Source: Octopus sinensis (Eukaryota). From it: a DNA stretch of 64,000 nt. The position numbers were made by a program, and so were the translations under genes. The stretch covers positions 189,844,001 to 189,908,000 of the forward strand of contig NC_042997.1 in assembly GCF_006345805.1 (NCBI RefSeq), given 5' to 3'. The notes beneath the pieces are model-generated. The model had not been told where the DNA came from. It searched no databases and saw only the letters and a program-made list of their open reading frames with translations. Positions within the stretch are counted from its first letter, which is position 1. Each line of letters starts with the position of its first letter. Positions 41,143-54,178 of this stretch are shown here, piece by piece.

Positions 41143-42875
41143 CCTATCTCTGTATACATATAAATATACGTAGGTGTGTCTGTGTGTGTGTGTGTGTAGA
41201 TTCTAAGAACAAACAAACTACCATATAAGAAATAGTATATCTAACATAGGAAACGTTTTGCTGATAAAGTTATTTAACGTGGAAGTCAGTAAGATTAGAG
41301 ACTCTGTGCCTATAACCTTCACCGACTTATACAGAATTTCCTGTTATCATACCAAAGATATTGTATCAGACACTGTAACTTGTACAACCATTGCCTCAAT
41401 CAATCTACAAACTTTCCACTGCGTGGTCTGATTCCTTAATGAGGGTCTACAAAAATTCACTCATTAAGATCAGCTTGAGAGCAACAAAAAAGCAACAAAA
41501 AAAAATACAAGACAAATACGAACACTAATAAATATATCGATTTCTCAGATTGGCACTATGGAGTGTACATATTCAATTAAATCGCTTTTTCAGTATATTA
41601 CTGGTCTTAATCTGATCAGTATCTGAAAGATGAAAGGCAAAGTCGATACGGATAGGATTTAGAAATTAGAAAACAATGAACAATATCTAAATATTTCTAG
41701 GCATTTTGCCCGGCGCACTACTGATTTTGCCATCTACCGTCTTTCGTTCATATAAATATATAGATCATATAAAACAGACAAGCACTGATTATGGAAGGAT
41801 TCCAGGTGAAATTTATGGATTATTATGACGAAGCTTCTTCGTTCATGCAGGTAAACCATGGTCATAAAGGAAATTATTTTATTGACGTATCTTAAAATGC
41901 ATATCATGGTTTGTACTTTAGTTATTCTCAGATTATAGAAGCATTAGATACAGTTATAACAGTCGTAAACCATTCACTAGAGACAAATAACTGTATGCAC
42001 GTATTCAGACAAGTATAAAACCGCACCCACACAGTGGTATACATACTATCTAACGACAAGCTTTTCTAAGATCTGAAAACTAAATGGTTTGGGTAAGAAT
42101 GGGTGATCCGAGATCAGGTTTCGTACATATTACTCTCTTTGGAATAATACCCAAAACTAACTAAATAAAATTACTATAAGACCAAATTCAAATATGCAAT
42201 AGCTTTGAGTGAGAGTGGGGAAAGACATTGACAAGCATAAAACCATGTCACAAAAGTGCACGAAACCGACAGTAAATAAATACATTCTAGTATATTATTT
42301 AAAAAAAATATACAGGCATGCCGTTATGCCGTGAGAAATATGAGGAAAATAATATGTAATAGTTTAGACGATGTAATAGTGCAAGAGAAGGGGTCATGTA
42401 GAGGTTATATACGATTAATGTAATGCTTTAAAAATGTGGGCTATGCATTTGTCTAAGTGGAACGAAGTTCACTTTTCTGCCTTGTAATATGGATGAATTC
42501 CTAAGCGCAAAGAATTATATCCATATCGTATATCACTTTCAGCAGATATTCTTATCAACATAAATGTATAAAAGCTCTCAGATTTAAGTAATGACAAAAG
42601 TAGTAGAGGAATTATCTAAGCATGCTGTGCTATATAAATATAATGGAGTTTTATACTTAGTTTTATACTTTGGTTAGAATTTTCAATTATGATTACCTAA
42701 CACATGCACACACGCAATCCTTTTATATGTGCTCATCTGGATAAAGCCACCTTAGAAAGCGGGTGATAGTATCTGCTGGTCTAAAATGACGCAATACCAT
42801 ATAGCCAGCCATATAATTGACAAAGGTACAGCATTCTCCAAAGTTGAATTTGTTATACAGTGATCCTGGATAGAC

Positions 42876-43292
42876 AAGGCGGCGAGCTAGCAGAAACGTT
42901 AGCACACCGGGTGAAATGCGTAGTCGTATTTCGTCTGCCGTTACGTTCTGAGTTCAAATTCCGCCGAGGTTGACTTTGCCTTTCATCCTTTCGGGGTCGA
43001 TAAATTAAGTACCAGTTACCCACTGGGGTCGATGTAATCGACTTAATCCGTATGTCTGTCCTTGTTTGTCCCCTCTGTGTTTAGCCCCTTGTGGGTAGCA
43101 AAGAAATAGGTATTTCGTCTGCCGTTACGTTCTGAGTTCAAATTCCGCCGAGGTTGACTTTGCCTTTCATCCTTTCGGGGTCGATAAATTAAGTACAAGT
43201 TACGCACTGGGGTCGATGTAATCGACTTAATCCGTTTGTCTGTCCTTGTTTGTCCCCTCTGTGTTTAGCCCCTTGTGGGTAGTAAAGAAATG
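42876..43292 (+). mobile_element. SINE group B dimer
   Basis: Head + body + body; 21-bp TSD with 1 mismatch. Confidence 0.92.
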
Positions 43293-43578
43293 TATACAGT
43301 GATTCTGGATAGAAAGAAAATAAAATACACGCTATTGTACTGTTACTCCAAAAAAGTTTCAATATGAAAAACAATACAGAAAAAAAAGAAGAAAATTCGT
43401 TTTTGCATCTGGAAATAAACATGACTACATTTTTGAAATATGAGAAATAAACGTATTTGCATCACATGTAACTAGAATACACAAAGAAATACAAGTGTAG
43501 TAAAGAAATATAACGAAAGAGCTGCAACTAGAATCGTAAATACTCGTATACTCTATAGCGTACATTTGTAAGTTTATA

Positions 43579-43815
43579 CATATTTCTTTATTGCACACAA
43601 GGGGCTAAACATAGAGGGGACAAACAAGGACAGACAAACGGATTAAGTCGATTACATCGACCCCAGTGCGTAGCTGGTACTTAATTTATCGACCCCGAAA
43701 GGATGAAAGGCAAAGTCGACCTCGGCGGAATTTGAACTCAGAACGTAACGGCAGATGAAATACTGTTAGCATTTCGCCCGGCGTGCTAACGGTTCTGCCA
43801 GCTCACCGCCTTTAT
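43579..43815 (-). mobile_element. SINE group B monomer
   Basis: Perfect 18-bp TSD tacatttgtaagtttata (43561-43578, 43816-43833). Confidence 0.92.
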
Positions 43816-44099
43816 TACATTTGTAAGTTTATATAAAGTAAATGAGTAGGTCAGATGCGGCAGAGAGTACCATGATCATCTCGGTACTGTTCTCTCATAC
43901 TAGGATCTAGCTCGAACATAAATGTCTGCAAATCCGCAGGAAAACTGGCAGAACATTGGAACTGTAGTCTGATTCGCATGCTTACATTAACGTGAAGCCC
44001 GATAATTGCCAACCAAAGAAAATTTAGTGGTGTTAAATATGTTGACATGTTCAGTACACACACAAACATACATACACACGCACTCATATATATTTATAT

Positions 44100-44295
44100 A
44101 TATGTGACCACGTGTGTACCATTGGCAATTTTCTTTCTCCGTCTTCCCTTCTCTGGACTTTTTTTACATTTCTGACAAAGAGCTCCGCTCGAAACGTGAG
44201 ATCCTCTTTCTTTTTTTCCTTTCCTGAGCGTCCAATAACAATGTACTTGTTCCACGTCCTCACGCTCTTGTTTTTTCTTGCTTGTTCATGTTTGG

Positions 44296-44300
<5 letters not shown>
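44100..44300 (+). mobile_element. Penelope-terminus-like repeat, related subfamily
   Basis: 'atttctgacaaagagctccgctcgaaacgtgagat...cctgagcgt'; (TA)n on both sides. Confidence 0.5.
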
Positions 44301-44348
<48 letters not shown>

Positions 44349-44754
44349 CTGAGTGGTCAATGGCATGTATACGAAAGACAAAGACAAATATAGGTATATC
44401 AAATAACATATGAAATATATTTTTGATTTATCAAAGTTGCTTCTACCTCCAGAAGATGTAGCACAGTTACCAATTGGCACTTAAGATCAGCCTCCCTTGA
44501 GAAGGGGAGATAACCGAATGTCCTCTTTTTCTCTAGACGATGAGTTTGTCATTTTCTATAATGGAATGTGAAAGTTGGAGAAATTTTTGAATCTTGATAC
44601 TCTCTTCCCTTTTGAGTTGATGCTGGTCTAAATTGCTATTTGGAAATTATGTTACGTCCTCTAGAGGCTGAGACTAATTTAATAAATCATGAATTTTATG
44701 TGGTATGGTATTTTATACAGCTGTATTTGTTTCTTTCTCTCTGTCTGTCTCTCT

Positions 44755-44799
<45 letters not shown>

Positions 44800-44817
44800 G
44801 CTATCTATCTAATCTAT

Positions 44818-44885
<68 letters not shown>

Positions 44886-45380
44886 GCACAGACACACACT
44901 GCCCATGCCATTAAATCTAGACACTATAACCCGTGTCAGTGATAATGTTGGTTTTTTTTTATTCATTACATTCACACATATTTGCATGTTATATTGGAAA
45001 CTAAATCGACACAGAATCCAAGTCTATGTATAACACTTATGCTTTTGAAGGTTACAGGAAGAAAAGCATAGTAGATTTTGTCATAATTTCAAATCAAATT
45101 CTGTTGTGTCTGGTGGAGTAATTTTCTTTTTGTGCCTTATAATCTAACATACTCACAGAGTCAAGACTATTGAAACGGTTGCAAGACTCAACGAAAATTT
45201 TAGGAAAATAAAATAAGAAATAAGTGGAAATTTTACCGGTGAGTGTGTTACATTATAAGGCACAAAAAGAAAATGACTCTCCCCAGACACAGCAGAATAT
45301 GATTCAACACGCGAACTCATATAAAGAATCTTGCAAACCAAATCCAAAAACGAAATTCCAATCAAATGTTTAGATGAAAT

Positions 45381-45778
45381 GGATGGTGGAAGCACTCCGT
45401 CGGTTACGACGACGAGGGTTCCGGTTGATCCGAATCAACGGAACAGCCTGCTCGTGAAATTAACGTGTAAGTGGCTGAGCACTCCACAGACACGTGCACC
45501 CTTAACGTAGTTCTCGGGGATATTCAGCGTGACACAGAGAGTGACAAGGCCGGCCCCTTGAAATACAGGTACAACAGAAACAGGAAGTAAGAGTGAGAGT
45601 GAGAGAAAGTTGTGGTGAAAGAGTACGGCAGGGATCACCACCATCCCCTGCCGGAGCCTCGTGGAGCTTTTAGGTGTTTTCGCTCAATAAACACTCACAA
45701 CGCCCGGTCTGGGAATCGAAACCGCGATCCTATGACCGCGAGTCCGCTGCCTTAACCACTGGGCCATTGCGCCTCCAC
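45381..45778 (-). mobile_element. SINE group A (head A1 + tail W)
   Basis: TSD ttagatgaaat (45370-45380, 45779-45789); tail shared with 62665-62932. Confidence 0.9.
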
Positions 45779-46320
45779 TTAGATGAAATAACTTAACATC
45801 AACATGTAAACTGTAGTACAACCTCCACTCAGTGTGGTAGTTTCTGTATTCCATGTGCTACCTCTAAACGAAAATAGCATTCATATATGAGGTTGCAGTT
45901 TCAGTAATAGAAATTTGATGAAGAACAGAGATTTGAAAGATAAAAGAAGAGGAGATTAATTACAAGGTGTAATTGCATAAAAGATGTTACAAGATAACAA
46001 ACAGTGGAAAAAATAGGGAGGAAGAGATGTGTACGCTTCGAAAGGAACAAGTCAATGCTGGTACCTAAGGTGAAAATAATCTATTTTGTGCAAACAGTAA
46101 TTTATTTTAAAGAGTTATGTTCCTCTCTGTTAAAAAAAGGAAGCGAAACATATTTCACAAAAAATTACAGCTAGAACAATGATTTGGATCTCAATCTCAA
46201 TGATAGAGGACCTGATATGTTAAACGATATTAGAAAGGGCTGGTATATCTCTAGTAACGTGGTGATCTAGTGCTTCTTTGGACTAACCATTCACAACCGA
46301 TAAGCAACAGCAATCGACCT

Positions 46321-46625
46321 TGGAGGCACATGGCCTAGTAGTTAGAGCAGCGGACTCGCGGTCGAGGGATCGCGGGTTCGAATCACCGACCGGGCGATGA
46401 GTGTGTTTATGAGCGAAACACCTAAGCTCCACGCGGCTCCGGCAGAAGGTAATGGCGAACTTCTGCAGACTATTTCGCCACAACATTCTCTCACTCTTTC
46501 CTCCTGCATCTTGCATCTCACCTGCGATGGACCGGCGTCCCGTTCAGGTGGGGAACCTATACGCCAAGAAAACCGGGAAACCGGCCCTTATGAGCCAGGC
46601 GTGGCTCGAGAAGGAACAAACCATC
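46321..46625 (+). mobile_element. SINE group A (head A1-like + tail X)
   Basis: TSD caatcgaccttg on both sides. Confidence 0.9.
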
Positions 46626-46879
46626 ATCAATCGACCTTGCAGACAATGTAGAGCAGAGATTTTCAATCTTTTTGCTTTTTTAGCTATGGACCCCTTTAAT
46701 TACTATTTTATTCTGGTAGATCGCATAACCATTCGGTGTTTAGAAACTAGTTTAATAGAAGCTTCTTTCAAAATTCCTATTCTGTTTTTCACATATTAAC
46801 TTTGACCTATATAAAATGTTAGAGAAAGAAACCTAGCTGTCGTTGTATTGCATACCAATATATACATCTGAAGCAAAAG

Positions 46880-46986
46880 ATTTTAAGGGGCCCTTAAAAT
46901 ACTGTTGTGGGTCCCCAATTTACTATTTTGTTGCATGAACCCCAAAAAATCTTATAGGCCATATGGACCCCGGTTGAGAACCACTG
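46880..46986 (-). mobile_element. hAT/Charlie-like MITE terminus
   Basis: Minus strand begins cagtggttctcaaccggggtcc, a typical hAT-type end; partner end not found. Confidence 0.55.
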
Positions 46987-47059
46987 AGGCAGAGAATAGG
47001 TAGAAAGATTACTTCATTGAGATCACACCTCATTATTTGATACAAGAAAAACGGACATT

Positions 47060-47700
47060 GTTATAATAATTTTCAAGCAGTATCAAGATGTCGAATTTTC
47101 TAATTTTCACCTGTATGCAGACGTGTCAGACTACTACATCTGGACTCATCAAAAGAAATGGAGTTGGTGCAATCAAGATTACTTGTAAATCAAGAGACGT
47201 TATTGGACGTGTTGATATAATTAACTCTAATATCATAGAATGTTTTTACCTGCCGTTACATCGTCACACTCTTCAAGTGTAGACATCATTTGGAAATCTC
47301 TGTCAGCCTATTTACGTGTTGCACTCAACTGAAAAATGTCTATGGAAACAGTTTCCAAGATTCAGGTTTTATTATGCGTCTTGTGGTACTAGTTATCTCG
47401 GACGATGATCCCATATTTGTCATGCAGCTATAGCTTACGTTTAAATTTGTCTGTTAAAAAGTTCGGAATATTTGCGTTCTCTGAGAAAATTCTTTTGAAT
47501 GATGTCAAGGAAATGTTTCATAATATCGAATTTTCTGATAATGCTGGCATCATTATAATCAATATTGCTAAATGGTTAGCCGAAACAACAGTAATTGTCA
47601 ACCAGCTGAATAATAAGGCAATCATATTACTGTTTCTGCGACATTCTTTTGTCTATGCTGCTGAGGTTTTAGAAACAAAACGTTCAGTTTATTCCTCTAA
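47060..47700 (-). mobile_element. Possible decayed PIF/Harbinger-ISL2EU-like DDE transposase
   Basis: 'YGIIVRD', 'ADRDFQM', 'LIAPTPF', 'IRKFDIL' occur in the order of YGGR.SD / ADRGF / LIIPPF / I..F.IL. Confidence 0.3.
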
Positions 47701-48578
47701 AAACGTTGTTGGAAAAATTATCGTAAGAAGTAGTAAGTGTGCAAAGGCAAAGAGGGACTCATTAGCTTATATATTTAATCCTTGATAACAGAAGGGCCAT
47801 ATCATTCTCTCCCTCGCTAAGAAATATAACATATATTACTGCATTGTATAATGATATTAGAAGTTTAAAACTTGGAAACGGATGAATTATTATACGTAGA
47901 CGAGAAATACTTTTTTGAGTTCAGATTACGTCGCAGTGGTTTATATTCTCTTTTTTTGATGAAGTAGGACAGATAGAATTAACCAGTTCAGTTGACTAAA
48001 TATCATTTCTTATAAAAAAAAATAATGGTAAAAGGTAGCTGGAGTAGATTGAGAAAATCTGTACTGACTAATTTGTCATAACTCTATTGGTATATCGTAG
48101 GTGTAATTTTAAATTTCTACCCTGTTCAATTTTCTTTTACATATCTTCGGGGATTATTAAAATAAGAATCTGCAACATAATTGAAACAATTCAATTTCTA
48201 AAATTCAAATCATAATTATTATTAGTTTTACTATGAAATAAGGTAATATACCTGGAAATTGTCAGGCAACGTTTCATTTGTCAGATAACTGAGTGACACT
48301 ATTCTCTTTTCTGGGAATCTTTTCTTCCATACAGTAGTTATATATTCCTTGAACGAAATGTTAATTTTTTTGAGAGAAACTGCTTCTAAAAAGTATAGCA
48401 GAGTATGTATGAAATGAGATAGATTAACTCGAATTTGATTGGGATATCATTTTAATTGTTGCTTATACTCTTTTATATAAAAAAAAACATTTTTGTCATG
48501 ATAGGTATACTGGGCTTCGTATATTTTACCCCAGTGCCACTATGATGGTATACACTGCTCTCTCACTCAATAATAATA

Positions 48579-48618
<40 letters not shown>

Positions 48619-48629
48619 TATAATAATAA

Positions 48630-49146
48630 GGTATAGGCACACACCAGAAAAGGTCACAGAAAACGAGAAAGCAACCATACTCTGGGATATGCCGATACAC
48701 ACAGATAGAGAAATTAAGGCCAACAGACCAGATATAGTTGTCAGAGATCATGAAGGAAAAAAATGCTTTCTAATTGATGTATCAATACCGGCAGATGACA
48801 ACGTGTCTCTAAAAGAAATGGAGAAACTCTCAAAATACAAAGACCTGGAAATAGAGGTAACTAGAATGTGGAATCTGAAAACAGAAACAATTCCTATCAT
48901 AGTAGGTGCATTAGGCATGATAAAAAAATATTCAGACAAATACATAACAAAAACACCAGGACTTACAAACACATATAAAATACAGAAAATTGCACTACTA
49001 GGCACTGCACACATCCTACGCAGAACACTTTCCATACAATAACCATCAGAGCATCACAACAAATCACAGCACATACCCAAGGCACACAGAGCTGCGCTCG
49101 GTAGTGAAGTGAAAGCACGCTATAAAAAATAAAAATAAAACTACTG
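48630..49146 (+). mobile_element. R4/Dong-clade non-LTR retrotransposon 3' end (restriction-like endonuclease)
   Basis: Open frame 'ILWDMPIHTDREIKANRPDIVV...LIDVSIPADDNVSLKEMEKLSKYKDL...IPIIVGALG...LGTAHILRRTL', stop at 49040-49042; (TAA)n on both sides. Confidence 0.92.
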
Positions 49147-51037
49147 AATAATAATAATAATAATAAGTTATTATTATTATTACTATTATTATTATCTACA
49201 GTGTTCATTGAGGTTCAGGAATAGATGTTTTCATTGTTGACTTGACTTATTTATATTTCAGAGAAGCAATGATATTTGAAGCCAAAACAGCCCTGACGTT
49301 CCCCAAGAACATTTTCACGTACAATGAAGAAATGTGGATTCAAAGAAGAATCGAAACATTGTTGATTTGTATAGCTACTTGATAGGTTTTGATTTGTAAG
49401 GTCTGTAAACTTTCGACGTTACAACCTATCACTTAACAGAAATAAAAAAGAGAAAATAAAATTCTTTTTAATGCTTTGTCCTCTGCTTCTCTTTTGTTTA
49501 CTGATAGAGATTTGGACAATATAACGGAAAATGCTTGTATTTTTATTAGTAACAGAATGACAGTATCCTTTTAGTAAGCCTTATCTTTATATATGTAATA
49601 ATATTCGTTCTGAAGATCAAAATTCCGATATGGAATGTTTTCGCAACACGCTCTTTTCCGTTGATTACATCTTTACATCGATATATGATAGTTAATTCAA
49701 TTTAAATTGGTAAATCGATTTAATACTAACATTATTTAATCGATTATCGATAATTAGGTGCAAACAGTTTTGAGTTGATTAATAAAAAGCCTCTGAAACA
49801 AAACTCAATTATGAGAAAAAGTGCTCAATTTTATTCGATATTTTTGAATGATGCAATTGAACTACTGTATGCTTTTGTGTCTTTTTGTACGTGTGCGTGC
49901 GTATGTGCATATTATTTTCTTTATTATAAAAAAAATGTACGTGAGTTTAAAACGTTCGCGGCTATAAGATGTAAAAAAACGTTCAAAAAATAAAATATAG
50001 GGAAGATAGAGAAGCTGGAGTGTAGTACGCAATGAATAGTAGAAAAAATACAAGATAAAAATATTCTTTGAATGGGTTAAACAAACGAGAACATCACAAC
50101 AGATTTACTTTTTCTATTGTGCTTCATTTTTTAAAAAACTATTTGAAATGCATTGTGAAATTTCTAAAACCTTAGATTTCCAGAATACAGAATGCATATT
50201 TTCAGATGCAAACATTTGCGATCGAAACGGTAAAAAAGAAGAAAAACCATACATGATCAAGAATAAATCGAAATGAAAGGCCAAAAATCATCAGTAAGAT
50301 AAAACAAAGGTGTCTTTGTGTGGAGAAAACGATAGAATTAAGAAACTATTGTAAGACTATATTAGAAGAGAATGCCTAAATAGATTTTTCTGACTGTTAA
50401 GTGATTCAAGCCGAACAACATGTAGTTTACAATTTTACGTAAATATGTTGAAAAGCCAAGTAGTTGATTCATTACATGTATAGGAAATCGTATAGTCACG
50501 GTAGCCGTTTTCCTCCTGATAATAGTGTGTTCTTATGTGAGGTATGACAAAATACAATACCGAGTCGTTGACCACCAGAGAGAACATCAAGTTTTGTGTT
50601 AGAAATAATGAGAAGATTCGGCGGAGATCAATAATACTCGAAGGTTTTTGAGAATTAAGACTGGTATGGCGCCTTTGAGAGATTCAATGGCTCGAATAAT
50701 ATTGATTTCTGTAACACTGGCGCAAGGTCACACATTTCAATGAAACGTTTGAAATGAACTCGATATATGTCTCATACTTATTTTATTGACCCCGGATAAA
50801 TAACATGCAATAAGCAACGTAGGTAATGTGACGTTTTTGCCATTCTACTATGTTTCTATAGAGTGTATTGGGCCAGAGAATTTAGAGGTAAAGTTCATGT
50901 TAATAGTTAGAGCGTCGATAGAATTAATCACTACCATTTCAATGCTTTTCAGCTTCTCTCTTGCCGCCACGCAAAATAATGCAATCTGAATAAAAATGAT
51001 AAAGCTTACTCCATCTATGAAACATTGATATCAGTCG

Positions 51038-51275
51038 AAGGCGGCGAGCTGGCAGAAACGTTAGCACGCCGGACGAAATACGTAGACGCATTTCGTCTGC
51101 CGTCACGTTGTGAGTTCAAATTCCGCCGAGGTCGACTTTGCCTTTCATCCTTTCGGAGTCGATAAATTAAGTACAAGTTACGCACTGGGGTCGATATAAA
51201 CGACTTTTCCGTTTGTTTGTCTGTCCTTGTTTGTCCTCTTTGTGTTTAGCCCCTTGTGGGTAGTAAAGAAATAGA
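51038..51275 (+). mobile_element. SINE group B
   Basis: TSD gaaacatt(g/t)atatca; diverged relatives follow at 51300-51710. Confidence 0.9.
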
Positions 51276-52294
51276 AACATTTATATCACTTATCTGAATC
51301 AGACGGCGAGCAGGTAAAATCGTTAGCACGCTGGGCGAAATGGTTAGCGTCATTTCGTCAGTCTTTATGTTCTGAGTTCAAATTCCGTCGAGGTTGGCTT
51401 TGCTTTTCATCGTTTTACAGTCGATAAAATAAGTACCAGTTTGAGTACTGGGGTCGATTTAATCGATTTACCTTCACCCCCAATAAAACTACTGGGTTTG
51501 TACCAAACTTTGAAACCAATATTAATGATCCGAGTAAGAGAGCAAGCCAGTAAAATCGTTACCGCACCGGGAAAAATCCTTGGCCGCATTTCTTCCGACT
51601 TCACGTTTCCTTTCTTTTCACGTTGCCTTTCTTTCTTTCGTGGTCGATAAAATAAGATGCAATCGATTACTCCCTCCACTGAAATTGCTGACCTTGTGCT
51701 AAAATTTGAAAATCAATATTAATCACCTTAATTATAAGATTTCTTTTATATTTGGATACTTGTGATAAACCTGAACTAATAATACTAACACTGCAAACTA
51801 ACAACTGGCTTGTCAGTTTTCAGTAAGCTTAGTGCTTCACCGAGCTGGGTTAATTTTCGCTCCCCGCTTTCTCTCGTGCATACCTGTTACTCTATGATTA
51901 AGCCTTTTGTGTGTTGTGCACTGCTTTACTGACAAGTACATTGGTAGATTAATAACGAACTGCGATCTTTTGAAGATTCTGTTAGTTTAGAGCAACATTA
52001 AAAAATGGATATTAGGGTAGAGTATGCTAAATTCTATTATTAATACATAAAGGAACTTATCTTTTGTAGGTGGTGCGGAGATGATAGTAAAATTGACCTT
52101 AATACTTTATTATAATTTATTAATCTCAGAAGAATGAACGACAAGTTTGACTGGCTGGATTTAAACTCAGATCATAATGGACTATAATTCAATATTACAA
52201 GTATTTTGCCGGTGCCCTGAGAAATCAAGTTATAGACCGCCATCCAGTAACCCGTAGAGAAACTGCATAGAAAATTAAGGGCAAATGAAAAAAA

Positions 52295-52690
52295 TGTGGT
52301 AAGTAGCTTGCTTACCAACCACATGGTTCCGGGTTCAGTCCCACTGCGTGGAAGCTTGGGCAAGTGTCTTCTACTATAGCCGCGGGCCGACCAAAGCCTT
52401 GTGAGTGGATTTGGTGGACGGAAACTGAAAGAAGCACGTCGTATATATGTATGTGTATATATATGTGTGCGTGTGTGTTTGTGTGTTTGTGTTTGTCTCC
52501 CCCACCAACATCACTTGACAACCGATGCTGGTGTGTTTACATCCCCGTAACTTAGCGGTTCGGGAAAAGAGACCGATAGAATAAGTACTAAGCTTACAAA
52601 GAATAAATCCTGGGGTCAATTTGCTCGACTAAAGTCGGTGCTCCAGCATGGCCACAGTCAAATGACAGAAACAAGTAAAAGAGAAAAAGC
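52295..52690 (+). mobile_element. SINE group C
   Basis: Near-full-length match to 58505-58925. Confidence 0.9.
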
Positions 52691-52800
52691 ATGCGCCGTC
52701 TGTTAGAATCGAAACTCTATCCCTGGTATTCACAGACCAATAACTTTATAAATAAATTACTTTCTATTATTTTAGAAGAGTTTTTTTTCTCTCTTACTCA

Positions 52801-52831
<31 letters not shown>

Positions 52832-53750
52832 GAGTTTGTGATCATTTTTATGAACCAAGCCATTATCGAAAAGAACGAATTGTTCTTCTACAAAAAAACA
52901 CTTTCACGACAGAAAAAAAATTACTTCTAGAAGCAATTTAACCTCCCTTAAATGTTGGTGTTTAGTTATTTGGCCAACAGGAACGGACGATCATCAAAGC
53001 TGAAGATAAATACAAAAGCTTCAAAGCGTAGAATGATAATAGAAAATCGATTTCGTTTTACGTTAATAAATCTGGAGCAAATGCCATAAATCTTAATTTG
53101 AGTTTTTGTGAAGTGTCCACAGTTTTAATTACACGTTTGAAATTTGTGTTTTTAAATGTGCTCTTAAAATAACAATGCGAATATGCAAATAAAGACACAC
53201 AGACATACTAATGTTCAACCACACATGGATACATACGCATACATGCATTTACATACACTGAATGATTCTGTCTTGCTCTCTTCCTCTCACCGCACGTATA
53301 CACATAGACACAAACTCACATGCACGCACGCACACACTATGAAAACAGAAAACAAATGAATTTTAATACAGCATTAAAGACAACCGTTGACACCTAATTT
53401 AAGGTATTTGTTGGTTGCAAAAGAAAAAAGGAAAGTTTATGCTTTGGTAAGGATCTGATATGTCTGGTGTCTAAAGGATAGTTGTTAAGTTACGAAGAGA
53501 AATTAATACTTACACACACGCATACACAAATATATGTGCGTGCGTCTTTGTCTTTTGTGCTTGTGTGTGTGTGAGAGTGAGTGTTTGTATTCTTGCTTGT
53601 ATGTCTGTATTTGTGTGTTGGCATTTACAAAGACAAGTGAAAATAAACGGAGCAGGACAGAAGGCTGTTTTTTGTTTGTCAGTTTTAAAACGTCTAGCCT
53701 TTATATAACCATTTTTTCCAAAGTACCTAACGAAAAAATATATATAGGGA

Positions 53751-54178
53751 AGGCTGCGAGCTGGCAGAAACGTTAGCACACCGGGTGAAATGCTTAGCGG
53801 CATTTCGTCTGCCGCTACGTTCTGAGTTCAAATTCCGCTGAGGTCGACTTTGCCGTTCATCCTTTCGGGGTCGACTAAATAAGTACCACTTACGCACTGG
53901 GGTCGATATAATCGACTTAATCCGTTTGTCTGTCCTTGTTTGTCCTCTCTGTGTTTAGCCCCTACTGGGTAGTAAAGAAATAGAAATGGGTATTTCGTCT
54001 GCCGCTACGTTCTGAGTTCAAATTCCGCCGAGGTCGACTTTGCCTTTCATCCTTTCGGGGTCGGTAAATTAAGTACCAGTTACGCACTGGGGTAAATTTA
54101 ATCGACTTAATCCCTTTGTCTGTCCTTGTTTGTTCTCTCTGTTTAGCTTCTTGTGGGAAATAAGGAAATAAGAATAAT
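53751..54178 (+). mobile_element. SINE group B dimer
   Basis: 12-bp TSD tatatataggga (53739-53750, 54179-54190). Confidence 0.9.
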
